NCBI GenBank assembly: GCA_035193785.1
Contig: CP136572.1
Coordinates: 928,001 to 992,000, forward strand
Length of the DNA: 64,000 nucleotides
Direction of reading: 5' to 3'
From: Planktothrix sp. GU0601_MAG3
GTDB taxonomy: Bacteria; Cyanobacteriota; Cyanobacteriia; Cyanobacteriales; Microcoleaceae
Positions 47,038 through 58,551 of this stretch are shown here, one piece after another. Made by a program: the position numbers and the translations under genes. Position 1 is the first letter of the stretch; each line of letters begins with the position of its first letter. Under the pieces are notes generated by a model. It saw nothing but the letters and a program-made list of their open reading frames with translations, was not told the origin of the DNA and did not search any database.

Positions 47038-47177
47038 TAATAAATTGACGGTTTATCCAAAAGATTCGTAAGGTTTGAGTACCCCTTGTTATAGGAATGA
47101 ATCCCAGGGGTTTGAAGACCAAACCCCTACAGTTTTTATCGCAATGGTTTCTCAATAGACCTTAGAAACCACCAGAG

Positions 47178-47901
47178 TTACAAGTCAATAAGGGGTTCCG
47201 TATCGTCAATAACGTTAGTATCAGGAGGGGTTTCAACGGGTGGAGTTTCAACAACCTTAGTATCAGGAGGGGTTTCAACGGGTGGAGTTTCAACAACCTT
47301 AGTATCAGGAGGGGTTTCAACGGGTGGAGTTTCAACAACCTTAGTATCAGGAAGGGTTTCAACGGGTGGAGTTTCAACGGGTTGGATAGGAATATTGTTC
47401 TCTTTTGGACTTTCAACCGGTGCAGTTGAAATACTATTATCCTTTGGTTCTTCAACGGGTTTAATTAACGCACTACTCGCCCGGACAAAACAGTTTGCAG
47501 GTGTGCCATCGAGTTTTTTCTTAACAAAAATCCAAGGTAAAAATTGATTGTCCCTTGTCACCACAAAGCCACTATAACTCAGTTGTGCCCGAAAGATCTC
47601 ATTCGGTTTAAATGTAGCTACTACTGGCCAATTACTAATAGTAGGAAATCCCGGGTTATCGGGGTTCCAAATTTCTTCAATGCTGGCATTTCCCATGCGA
47701 CAATTCAATCCATTCGGATCGGGATCAATCACTTGCCAATACAGATGGGAAGATAGGCTCACATAGTTACCTTGAGCATTGGGTTTCAGGGAAGGACTGA
47801 GCCGCCCAAACGGGTGTGATTCCCAGGAGGAAAACCAACCCTAAACTGAAAATCACTATCCTATAAATTGCTTTGAATCGGTTTAGCATCATAGTCCTCA
47901 T
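47178..47901 (-). CDS. secreted protein with C-terminal Pro/Thr/Glu repeats; apparent +1 frameshift at ~47784
   Basis: Signal peptide ending VWA; WQVIDPDPNGLNCR domain; (PPVETPPDTKVVET)n tail. Confidence 0.7.
47215..47382. repeat. coding tandem repeat, 42 bp x ~4
   Basis: Units start at 47215, 47257, 47299 and 47341. Confidence 0.92.
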
Positions 47902-48191
47902 TGAATTAGGATTTTTTAGGTGCAAGGAATTTGCCCTTTGATTTGACCGGGGAGCAACCCCCGTCTGGTGTGATATGGCTATTCCTTGATTCTAACACTT
48001 CCGTAGAATTTCCTTAAATCATATCAAATCATGAAACTGAAATAGAAAAATTATTTTTTTATTCCCCTAATGATAATAATTTGTTTTGTCCTCTGTTAAG
48101 CTATATCTTAATCAAACCGTTCCTGGTTTTCGATAGATTACCAGAACAATTTTAATCAAAATCAAATCATGATTTAGGGAGCTTGATATTA

Positions 48192-49566
48192 ATGGTGAGT
48201 AATCAATTTCCACCGGATTTTATCTGGGGAGCAGCCACTGCATCCTATCAGATTGAAGGAGCAATTGGGGAGGGGGGCCGTCTACCGAGTGTCTGGGATA
48301 CCTTCAGTGCCACACCCGGACGGGTTTTAAATGGAGACACGGGGGAAAACGCTTGTGACCATTATCATCGTTATGAAACCGATATTCAATTGATGGTGGA
48401 ATTGGGAATTAAACATTATCGATTTAGTATCGCTTGGCCGCGGATTATTCCCCAGGGTAGGGGGGCGGTAAATCAAGCTGGAATTGATTTTTATAAACGG
48501 TTAGTTGATGCTTTATTAAACCATGGAATTACCCCCCATGCCACTTTATTTCATTGGGATAGTCCCCAGGCTTTAGAGGATTTATACGGGTCGTGGCGCA
48601 GTCGAGAAATGGCTCAGGATTTTGCTGATTATGTGGCGGTTGTGGTGGGTGAATTGGGCGATCGGATTACCCATTGGATGACAATTAATGAAATTCCCTG
48701 TTTTACCCATTTAGGCTATCAAGTAAATGCCATTCCCCCCCATGCACCCGGAACCGTTGTTTCCCGTCCTAAAGAAGTTTGGCAAACCTCCCATCATGCC
48801 CTATTAGCCCATGGGTTAGGGGTGCAAGCAATTCGAGCTAATTCTCCCGTTCCTTGCACTATTTCTCTAGTCGATAATTGTGCGGTAACTGTTCCGATTG
48901 CCGAAACCCCAGAACATATTTTAGCTGCTCAAAAAGCCTTTCATTTGTGTGGTCAAAATGGGGGGATTACGGTTCCCGCCCTAACCGGTTTCCTATAGTC
49001 CAGCTTTATTGGAATTATTAGGCAATGAAGCCCCGGATATATTACCCGGAGATTTAGAGATTATTCATCAACCTTTAGACCAATTAGGATTAAATATTTA
49101 TTCGGCTACCTATGTCCGCGCTTCCGATAATCAAATGGGGTTTGAATTTCTAGGACTCCCGAAAGGATATCCCCGAATGAATATGCCTTGGTTGAATATT
49201 GTTCCTGAATGTATTTATTGGGGAATTCGTCATATTAGCGAAACCTTAAACCGAGCAGATTTACCTATTTTAATTACAGAAAGTGGGTGTGCTGCGGAAG
49301 ATGAATTAAACCAAAATGCAGAGGTAATTGATACCGATCGAATTATGTATTTACGTCAGCATTTTCACTCAGCTAATCGGGCTATTGTTGAAGGCTATCC
49401 CCTAAAAGGATATTTTGTTTGGAGCCTAATGGATAACTTTGAATGGGCCTGGGGTTATCAACGCCGTTTTGGGTTAGTTTATGTGGATTATCCCACACAA
49501 AAACGGATTCCTAAAGCCAGTTTTCAATGGTATGCTGAATGTATTCGGCAAAATCGGGTTGTTTAA
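48192..49566 (+). CDS. GH1 beta-glucosidase; apparent +1 frameshift at ~48989
   Basis: WGAATASYQIEG, YRFSIAWPR, TINE, ITESG, DNFEW. Confidence 0.93.
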
Positions 49567-49697
49567 TCTCGTCTTCGTCTTTCAGCCTAAGTAGTTGCAC
49601 AAAATAAATTACCTATTTGAGAGGGGAAACACCGGATCTGGGAACAGGGCATGGGGTAGTTAATATTAATCCTAATTTGGATACTATCCCAGAAGAT

Positions 49698-50514
49698 TTA
49701 GGAACGCAGTTGCTCAATTTGATCTAAATAACTGGGAATTATTTCCCCTGCAACCCGACAGGCTTCTCGATCAACACTAATTAAATCTTCCCCCCAAAAT
49801 ACTTTACCAAATGGGATTGATTTACCCCGATCCGGTTTCCAGTTCGGACTGATAAATTGGCGGTCAGCATCTACAATAGCCCCATCAAATAAATGTCCGA
49901 TACAAAAATAAATATCCTGCAAGATTAACGGCACAGAAGGACGGTGTAATTGTCCTCGTGAGTGGGGACTTCTGGCGTGATAATGCGCCCGGGGAAACAA
50001 ACCATATAAATTTTTTAAGGAGGCAGAAATTAAAGGATTTCCCTTCAGAATAGTTCGTTTAAATGCCCCAATACTAATTCGACAGTCCACCTCCGTTAAT
50101 AAGCTGGGGGCGAACATCGATTTAAACCGCACGGGTTGGGGGGACAAATTCGGATATTCGGTTAAAGGGAGGGTATCCGCATCCAAAATCCGCATCCCGT
50201 CCCCTAGAATTTGATCTATCCCATGACCACGCACAATTTCACCCAAGGACACCGGGGAAACAAACCCCTTCTACGATGAAAATTTCCGCCTGGGGGTTTT
50301 TCTGTCGCAGGGTTTGGAGTACCGTGGTTAAGACCTGCAAACTGACGGTAACAGGCGGCCCAACGGGATATCCTAAATTGGGTTTGACCAAAATCCGTTT
50401 TGCCGTTAATGCGATTTTGGGAGGGTGATAGATGAATTCTGCTGTTTTGACACCCTGAACGATAGAATTTCTCATCAATACTACAGGAATTGTTACATTG
50501 CAACGATTAATCAA
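49698..50514 (-). CDS. DUF362 family protein; apparent +1 frameshift at ~50257
   Basis: LVKPNL, I.EG.CS, SLKNLYG motifs. Confidence 0.75.
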
Positions 50515-50694
50515 ATTCAGGAATCTTTAATATTTTCTTAATGAATTGGTTTTTATTCAGCAATTTTCAGCCAAGATAGTCAAACCGCAATAGTACCATT
50601 AAAAAGCTATATTCAGCTAAAAAGTGGTAAGATTGTATCGATTCAACCTCCAAAATAAAATCTTGTAGAGACTGAGTGTAGTAATTATTTGCCA

Positions 50695-50710
50695 TGTGAT
50701 GATGATCACA
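50695..50710. promoter_or_regulatory. consensus CRP site TGTGA-N6-TCACA
   Basis: TGTGA TGATGA TCACA between divergent DUF362 and DUF2949 genes. Confidence 0.7.
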
Positions 50711-50848
50711 TCATTAACTAGATTTAATCACAGGGTTCACCGGATATCTGTCACTGAGTAGCCCTAGATTTTCGGTAAGATTAATATTGTGGAACTTAAT
50801 TTCTACCAGACTCTAACTTTTTTATTCCCTATTTTTAGGAACCTTAAA

Positions 50849-51139
50849 ATGATTTCACCCAAACAAGCACAACTAATTCAATTTTTACGCTGGGAGTTAG
50901 CGATCCCCGCTTCCTCAATTGCCACGGCTTTGCGCCACCCTGAACAGGATTCAGGTCAGTTACCGATGATCCTATGGCAGTATGGATTAGTTACACTCGA
51001 ACAACTAGACCGAATTTTTGATTGGTTAGAACGATTTGGAAGCATTATGGAAGCAAAATCCGTCATGTATTCTTATGCTGATTATTCCCAGTCTTCAGTG
51101 GATGAAAATATACAGATCCCCGTTTCGCTGGTGGCATAG
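50849..51139 (+). CDS. DUF2949 family protein
   Basis: LIQFL..ELAIP..SI, LPMILWQYGLVTLEQL..IFDWLE. Confidence 0.85.
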   Translation: MISPKQAQLIQFLRWELAIPASSIATALRHPEQDSGQLPMILWQYGLVTLEQLDRIFDWLERFGSIMEAKSVMYSYADYSQSSVDENIQIPVSLVA

Positions 51140-51258
51140 TTTCCTTTGGGTTAAACCGTTTTGAGAAAATGTCTTAAATCCAATTTTTTAAATTTTGTCT
51201 ATGTCAGGATGTTTAATTAGAAGATTTCAACGACCACAATCTCAATTCAAGAATCACT

Positions 51259-51285
51259 AAGTCAGCTTTTACAAAAGGCTGACTT
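51259..51285 (+). terminator. intrinsic terminator-like hairpin AAGTCAGCTTTT-ACA-AAAGGCTGACTT
   Basis: Stem followed by T-rich tail. Confidence 0.6.
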
Positions 51286-51504
51286 TAAATTTTATGTAAG
51301 AATTATATAAACTCCTAAAACAAGAACAATTGTAAGGTTCAGCTATGCCGACAGGGATGATATCTTCTCCACAAAAAATGCAATTCTGACCTGGAGAATA
51401 TCAAAAATGGGCACCGATACGACGGCTTTCTGTTACAATTTCTGCGATGGTATAGAAGGGTGCAAGATAAACAGCAAAAACCAACTTGGCTGCATCTGTC
51501 AGTT

Positions 51505-54500
51505 ATGATGAAATTTGAACAGGCGCTCGCAATTGCCGATACATTGGTTGTTGAAAAAACCGGAAAACACTTGACTGACGCACAAACCGCCGTTCTTCAA
51601 GGAACTTGGCATTGTCAGAAATATCATGAAATTGCCTTAGAATATCGCTGCACTCCCGAATATCTGAAGCAGGATGTGGGGCCAAAGTTATGGAAATTAT
51701 TATCGGATGAGTTAGGGGAAAAAGTCGGAAAAAAGAATTTTCGCGCCGTCATTGAACGTCTTTCTTCGCCCACTCCCCCCCCTGACCCCCAACCCACCCC
51801 CGAGTCTCTGGTTTCCCCAACTCCTGCAAAAAAAAATATAGACTGGGGGGAAGCACCGGATGTATCTCAGTTTCTATGGACGGCTTCGGGAACTCACTCA
51901 ACTTGAACAGTGGACTGTACAAGAAGATTGTCGGGTCATTGCCTTATTGGGTATGGGAGGAATGGGAAAAACTTCTTTATCGGTGAAATTTATTCAAAAA
52001 ATTTATCCTCATTTTGAATTTGTGATTTGGCGATCACTACGAAATGCACCTCCCTTAACTGATATATTAGTGGATTTAATTCAATTTCTATCCCCTAAAA
52101 CCGAAGGTCATTTATCGGCTGAACCCACCCGTCAAATTTCTCAATTAATCGAATTTTTAAGAACCTCTCGATGTTTAATTGTTTTAGATAACTTAGAGTC
52201 AATTTTACAGGAAGGAAACCTGGTGGGGCGTTACTATCCAGGGTATGAAAATTACGGTGATTTATTTAAACGTCTGGGAGAAACTCAACACCAAAGTTGT
52301 CTGTTGATGACCAGTCGAGAAAAGCCCAGAGAAATTGCGGCTTTAGAAGGTCAAACACTTAAAGTTCGCTGCTTACCCCTACTGGGTTTAGACATTAAAA
52401 ATTGTCAGGAAATTATTCAGGCTAAAGGAGATTATAGCTCCTTAGAACAATGGCAGGAATTAATTGAACGCTATGCCGGAAATCCCCTAGCACTAAAAAT
52501 CGTTACCACGACTATTTATGATTTATTTGCCGGGAATGTGGGTGAATTTTTACAACAAATTCAACAGGGAACGGCAATATTTGGGGATGTCCGAGATTTA
52601 TTAGAACAACAATTAGGACGAATTTCTAAACTAGAATTAGAAACCATGTACTGGTTAGCCATTAATCGAGAACCCTGTACGATGGTAGATTTAAGAAAAG
52701 ATTTATTATCAATTATTTCCCCAGTTGAACTGATTGAAGCCTTAGAATCCTTGAGTCGGCGATCGCTAATTGAAAAAGGTGGCGGTAGCTTCACCCAACA
52801 ACCCGTAGTCATGGAATATATCATTGAAAAATTGATCGAAAAAGTTCTGCAAGAAATCGAAACAGAAACCATTAATATTCTCAATCAATATCCCTTAATA
52901 AAATCCCAAGCCAAAGATTATATTAGAGAAAGTCAAACCCGTTTAATTCTACAGCCAATTGTCCAAAAACTCCTCAACCGTTATCGGATTTCAGGAGAAC
53001 TCAATCAAAAATTTAAAACTCTCATTCAAAGGTTAAAACAACAGCGTCATGCCTCCGGCTATGGGGGTGGGAATCTGCTCAATCTTTGCCACCACTTAGA
53101 CCTCGATTTAGCGGAATATGACTTTTCCCAATTAACACTCTGGCAAGCCTATTTACAAGATGCCAACTTACAAAACGTTAATTTTTCCGGTTCCGATTTA
53201 TCTCGATCAGTATTTGCCAAAACCTTGGGAAATTCCCTCACCGTCGCCCTGGGAAGCAACGGAATTTTAGCCACCGGAGATGCGGAAGGCAAAATTATTT
53301 TATGGACAGTGGAAGACGGTCAACAATTATTAGTGTGTCAGGGCCGAACCCTGGGGGTAAAGTCCCTCACCTTTAACCGCGATAGTACCTTACTTGCCAG
53401 TGGTAGTCAGGATCAAACCGTGCGACTCTGGAAAGTCTCAACCGGAGAATGCTTAAACCGTTGGTCAGACCATCAAGGAACGGTAAATTGCGTGGGTTTT
53501 AGTCCCCAAGGAGATTGGTTAGCCAGTGGTAGCGATGACCAAAGTATTAGGGTTTGGGATATTCGTTCAGGACAATGTGTGCACCAGTTCACAGGTCACA
53601 CCGACAGTCTATCCAGCCTCACCTGGAGTCCCAATGGTCAACAGATTGTCAGCAGCAGTGAGGATCAGACGATCAAACTCTGGGATGTTCAAACCCGAAC
53701 CTGTTTACACACCTTCTATGGAAATGACGCCTGGAACTGGGCCGTTACCTTCGTCCCTTCGGGATCAACTCCGGGCACAATCCATCTGATCGCCAGCAGT
53801 ACCCAGGAAAAAACCGTTCATCTATGGGATGTTAATACTGGTCACAGTTTCCATACCTTTGAAGGTCATCAAGATTCGGTTTGGATCGTGGTTTTTAGTC
53901 CCGATGGGGAACTATTGGCTAGTAGCAGCGATGACCAAACGGTGAAACTCTGGAATATCCGAACGGGGGTCTGTTTAAGGACTTTAACCGGACTGGAAAG
54001 TCAGGTCTGTTCCCTAGCATTTAGTCCCGATGGCCAAATCCTTGCCACCGGAAGTGTAGATCGGATAGTGCAGTTATGGGATGTGCAAACTGGGCAAAGG
54101 TTGCGAACCTTACGCGGTCATCGTCATCAGGTGTGGTCGTTTGTTTTGAGTCCCGATGGTCGGCGTTTAGCTAGTGGTAGTGATGACAATAAGGTGCGAC
54201 TGTGGGATGTGGGGACGGGTCGTTGTCTCAAACAGTTACCCGGTCATCGAGATTGGGTGTGGTCAGTGGCCTTTAGTCCCGATGGCGGGTTAATCGCCAC
54301 TGGGAGTTATGACCAAACGGTGAAACTTTGGGATGCACAGACCGGAGAATGTCTCAAAACCCTACATGGTCATAGTGATCGAATTGAAGCTGTGACCTTT
54401 AATTCCGATGGTATGCTACTGGCAAGTGCCAGTGATGACCAAACGGTGAAACTTTGGGATGTACAGACTGGAGAACTTTTACAAACCTTAGAAGGTCATC

Positions 54501-55111
54501 GGCGTTGGGTGGGTTCGGTGGCCTTTAGTCCCCGGGATCGGATTCTAGCCAGTGGGAGTAATGACCACCAGATCAGGGTTTGGAATGTGGAAACGGGCGA
54601 ATGTTTGGCGGTTCTCGAAGGCCACAGTGATCGGGTTCATGTCCTGGGGTTTACGGACAATGGTTCTATTTTGGTCAGTGGAAGTTATGATCGTTCGGTG
54701 AAATGTTGGAATATTAAAACTGGTAAATGTCTGCAAACCTGGCGGGGTGAAATCGAACGAGTTCAGGGCATTTTATTCTATCCTCAAAGAGAAGTTTGGG
54801 TGAGTGGTAGCTATGATCATCATGTGAAGTTATGGGACATTACCACCGGGGAATGTGTGAAAAATCTCAAGGGTCATGATCACCCCGTTTGGTCAGTTCA
54901 TGGCGATCCCCAAGGCAATTTTTTAGCCAGTGGAAGTCATGATCAAGGGATTAAGGTTTGGGACTTACATACTAATGAATGTTTAAAAACCCTACGCGCC
55001 GATAAACCATACAATGGCTTGAATATTACGGATGTGACCGGAATCACAACGGCACAAAAAGTTACACTTAAGGCTCTAGGAGCTATTGATATTAACCGGG
55101 ATCAAAGTTAA
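51505..55111 (+). CDS. STAND protein: N-terminal HTH-like domain, NB-ARC, pentapeptide linker, ~14 WD40 repeats; apparent +1 frameshift at ~51871
   Basis: GMGGMGKT, LIVLDN, TSRE, GNPLAL; repeated GH...FSPDG..LASGS.D.TVKLWD. Confidence 0.9.
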
Positions 55112-55500
55112 CAAGAAATAGCTTTACCAAATCTTTACAATTCGCCGTTGGTTTTTGCTGAATCTTTATAGAAGTTGTAATGATTTATCAATAAAATATA
55201 TGTATTCCTACAGAAGCCACACTCTACCTAAGATTTTTGGTCATCCTTGATTAGTTCTTACCCTAATATCTGATGTGATTACAGAGGAAGTGGGTTGTAG
55301 ATAAGCAGACGTTTTACTCGCCTCGATATCGGTAGGAGCACACTCCTAATGAGAGTGGGGGAAATTAAAATCTGACTGGCTCCACCGTCGGTACGATTAG
55401 GAAAACGGACTCAAGGAGTTTATGATGTTAGTTGCTGGTGTGGAGTTGTGATGGTTTTCTTGTTGTGTTAGATCTGTCCCTAGAAAAGAGGGGTTATGCC

Positions 55501-56760
55501 GTGAATAATTCGGGGTTCAGCCAGTATTATCATTCGTCAGATGAGCAAGTCATTTATGCCCATCTGCAATACTGTGTTGACATGGAAACTCCCCGACAAA
55601 TGATTCAGCGTTTCTTTAATCTGTTTATCCAAGGTGGGGAATACCCCGATTTAGCGGTTAATTTAGCGGTCGGTCGAATTGTCGATTCGGATTTAGCCAA
55701 TATAGAATTTCAGTATGTTCTTAACCGCAGTTGCTATATTTTAATTAACCGATGGCGCAAAAACCCCCGGGATCATTCGGCGATTCCTGAACTGATTCAT
55801 AGTTTTGAACAAACACCCTCGGGTTTACCCTCCTGTTGGACGGCGAAACGCCTGCGCTCATTAGTTAAACGATTCACTGAAACCGAACAATACCAGGCTC
55901 TGTGCCGTTTGAGCAATGTTTTTGAAGAAAAAATCAGGACGGAAGAAGATAAAAAAAGTGATAGTGTCGAAGGTTTGATTAGTCGTTATCCCTATTTATA
56001 TGATCATTGTTTTTTAACCGATGATAGTCCCGATGAACAACGCCGGGAAATTCGGGAGATGCGGATGCAAGCCCAGGAAACCTTTGAACAGGATTTATCT
56101 CAATATCTCACCTTTAAAAATACTCCTCGGGAACAACGGTTAATCTTACCAACCGTGGAAAACCCTACCCTATTAACGGACAAAAAATTGAATTTTGCTG
56201 TCAAACATTTCACGGGAAGAATTGACGGCTATCACACCTATAATGATTTAGCCAAAATTTTTGTCAATCAAAGTCAAAAAGCTCGTACCTATCGGACATT
56301 TAAAGAAGAATTGTATGAATATTTAACGGATGCAGTTGATACTAAATATGCAAAAAAACATTTTAACAATCGCTTGTACCGAGAACTCCAAGGGACGCTC
56401 TCACACAATGATAGTCAGAAAGTAAATGATACCCTAGTGGCGGGAACCTGTCGCAAGTTATTAAATTTCCTGGTGGTGGAAAGTCCTCAACAACCCCATC
56501 ACTTTGTGTTTTTAGATTTAAGCAGTAACTTGGGTGTAACTCGTTCAGTTGGGTTACTCATAAAAATTGTCTTAATTTGCCGGAGGGTTAAATCAGATTT
56601 AGAAAAACGGTTCTCGATTTTATTTAACCATTATGCAACTTTCCCTCGAGATAAAGTATTTTGGCTGGTAGAATCTTTAGAAAACCTCAATCTTGCCTTT
56701 AGCTTTAACTGGGGAAAGTTAAAATTTCAACAACCTCCGGTCAAATTAAGGATAGGGTAG
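55501..56760 (+). CDS. hypothetical protein (~420 aa)
   Basis: Long ORF; likely GTG start after GAGGGG; no family named with confidence. Confidence 0.75.
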   Translation: MNNSGFSQYYHSSDEQVIYAHLQYCVDMETPRQMIQRFFNLFIQGGEYPDLAVNLAVGRIVDSDLANIEFQYVLNRSCYILINRWRKNPRDHSAIPELIHSFEQTPSGLPSCWTAKRLRSLVKRFTETEQYQALCRLSNVFEEKIRTEEDKKSDSVEGLISRYPYLYDHCFLTDDSPDEQRREIREMRMQAQETFEQDLSQYLTFKNTPREQRLILPTVENPTLLTDKKLNFAVKHFTGRIDGYHTYNDLAKIFVNQSQKARTYRTFKEELYEYLTDAVDTKYAKKHFNNRLYRELQGTLSHNDSQKVNDTLVAGTCRKLLNFLVVESPQQPHHFVFLDLSSNLGVTRSVGLLIKIVLICRRVKSDLEKRFSILFNHYATFPRDKVFWLVESLENLNLAFSFNWGKLKFQQPPVKLRIG

Positions 56761-56893
56761 GGATGGTTTAACTGGGAATTGTTTATCAAAAAACTAGCAC
56801 CAATGGAGTTAAGTGAACGATTCCTTGGCGGGACTGCTGCAATCACGTTCCCTGGAAAATGATGTTTCCGTTTGAGACGTTCTGAGAGTGATT

Positions 56894-57109
56894 TTAATGA
56901 CTTTGTTGTTCCTCGGCTCGACTCAACATCGCTTCTTGGAGATGGTCGTCATGCAGACGATCTTCGGCTAACAACTCCCGCGCTTGTTCTTGAGTCTGTT
57001 CCACCGCTTGTTCTTCTGCGGCTACTCGGTTGAGCATATTTTCGCCGATGTGTTCTTGGTGCTGGCGCTCTTGTACCAAGAGTTCCCGGGCTTTATCTTC
57101 CAGATTCAT
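56894..57109 (-). CDS. small acidic protein with duplicated GifA/IF7-like motif
   Basis: Two copies of AREL...E....H..E.ML.R, resembling IF7 QARALM..HHQ....RQQSMLSRA; AGGAG RBS. Confidence 0.65.
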   Translation of the reverse strand: MNLEDKARELLVQERQHQEHIGENMLNRVAAEEQAVEQTQEQARELLAEDRLHDDHLQEAMLSRAEEQQSH

Positions 57110-57165
57110 ATTGATAGACTCCTATGATTTGTCTATCTAAAATTTTTACATATTTTCAGTAAAAT

Positions 57166-57179
57166 GTATTGTAAGTAAC
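57166..57179. promoter_or_regulatory. NtcA-like site GTA-N8-AAC
   Basis: TGTATTGTAAGTAACA about 60 bp upstream of the gifA-like start; one mismatch to GTA-N8-TAC. Confidence 0.5.
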
Positions 57180-57268
57180 AGAAGTTTTTATAAACTTAAT
57201 AATTTGTTTTTAGGTATTTTAGCTCAGGGTTGATCCCTGGCCAAAACTGGCGATCGCAATTAACTCAG

Positions 57269-57313
57269 AATTGAGAAAAATTTCATTTAACCTATTGAGA
57301 ATAATTTTTATTT
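57269..57313. promoter_or_regulatory. two Fur-box-like AT-rich motifs
   Basis: AATTGAGAAAAATTTCATTT and TATTGAGAATAATTTTTATTT upstream of Fe-S gene. Confidence 0.4.
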
Positions 57314-57405
57314 AAGCTATCCTAGTTAACATAGGTTCACCGATCAAAGTCTAGGGCTTAATCGGTGGTCTGGTTTGTCTCCATGATTCAAAATAGAGTT
57401 CAATC

Positions 57406-58003
57406 ATGTCAACCCATTCGTTAAATATGGAATTCAATCTCACCGGAAACGATTCAAAATGTTGGGATTAAAGATGGAAAACCTAAAGTAATTACCCTGA
57501 TGACTTCTTTGGGATTATTATTGATTAAAATTTCCAAACAAGCCAGAATTATCGGGATTTCCGATTTAGCCCCGGGTTATCAGGTAAAGGTTACAGGTCA
57601 GAAAAAACAAGATTTTAAAACCGGAAAAATTAAGCTAAAAGCGACGCAAGTGCTTTCAAGTTCAAAACCGATATCAACTCTAACCCCATCAGTTTCTTTT
57701 AATTCTCAAATTCATCAAGACAGCGAAATTCCTTTAACTAAACCTTCAGTTATTACTGTTAAACCCGCAAAAATCCTAGTTTGTCAAAAATCCGATTGTC
57801 GCAAACGGGGAGGAGATCGGGTTTGTGCCGTATTAGAAAAAGAGTTAGCCCAACGGGGATTAGAAGATCAGGTGACGATTCAAAAAACAGGATGTCTGAA
57901 AAAATGTAAAGCTGGCCCCAATATTGTGATGTTACCCGATAAAACCCATTATGGCAAAGTTGAATCAAAACAAATTCCCGTGTTAATTGACAAACATTTT
58001 TAA
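57406..58003 (+). CDS. thioredoxin-like [2Fe-2S] ferredoxin domain protein (IdiC-like); apparent +1 frameshift at ~57447
   Basis: ILVCQKSDC.KRGG ... TGCLKKCKAGPN. Confidence 0.8.
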
Positions 58004-58028
58004 AGACAGTAATTGATATTGAGCATTT

Positions 58029-58477
58029 ACCTAGCTGAAAGAAATGGGGTTTGGTGTTTCAACTGCTGATTTTTGCAGAAACCTTTTTTGCGGGACAATT
58101 TGAGGAGGATTGATAAGCAAAAGTAATAAATCACAGCTATTTGTTTTAAATTTTAAAAGAATCAAGGAAAAATCGGATTTTTTATTGAAAATAGCTGGCA
58201 ATTATTTGACGAAACCATAGGCTTTGAGCTATACTAGAAAAAACTCTCCCAAGGGCTTATTGTGACTATAGGCAAAAATGATAGTTGAAACCCTGAAAAA
58301 TCGTTGAAGATTTAGGAAATTAAAGAGGTTTATTGCCACTGCGACGCACGAGTTTTTTTGAGAGAATGGCAAGCAACGAGTAGGGGTATTGACAAAATTG
58401 ACAATTTATGTATAGGCAAGAAAATCAACTTTGACCAAAAATTAAGAATTGGGTTGCTTGCTTGTCCCAAATGGTGA
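58029..58477 (+). repeat. 449-bp non-coding direct repeat, copy 1
   Basis: Ungapped match to 59079-59527; about 38 substitutions by manual count. Confidence 0.95.
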
Positions 58478-58551
58478 AAAGAAACGTTAATCTTGCTTGT
58501 TCTTCTCCTATAATTTGGAAATTAACCAGTTATTCAAAAGTAGAATAGGAG

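Noticed and set aside
47215..47382. GTTTCAAC-containing repeats resembling a CRISPR array
   Set aside because: No unique spacers, in-frame 42-bp coding repeat, no cas genes
49588..49680. Possible MITE between the glucosidase and DUF362 genes
   Set aside because: Only one arm is recognisable; too degenerate to delimit
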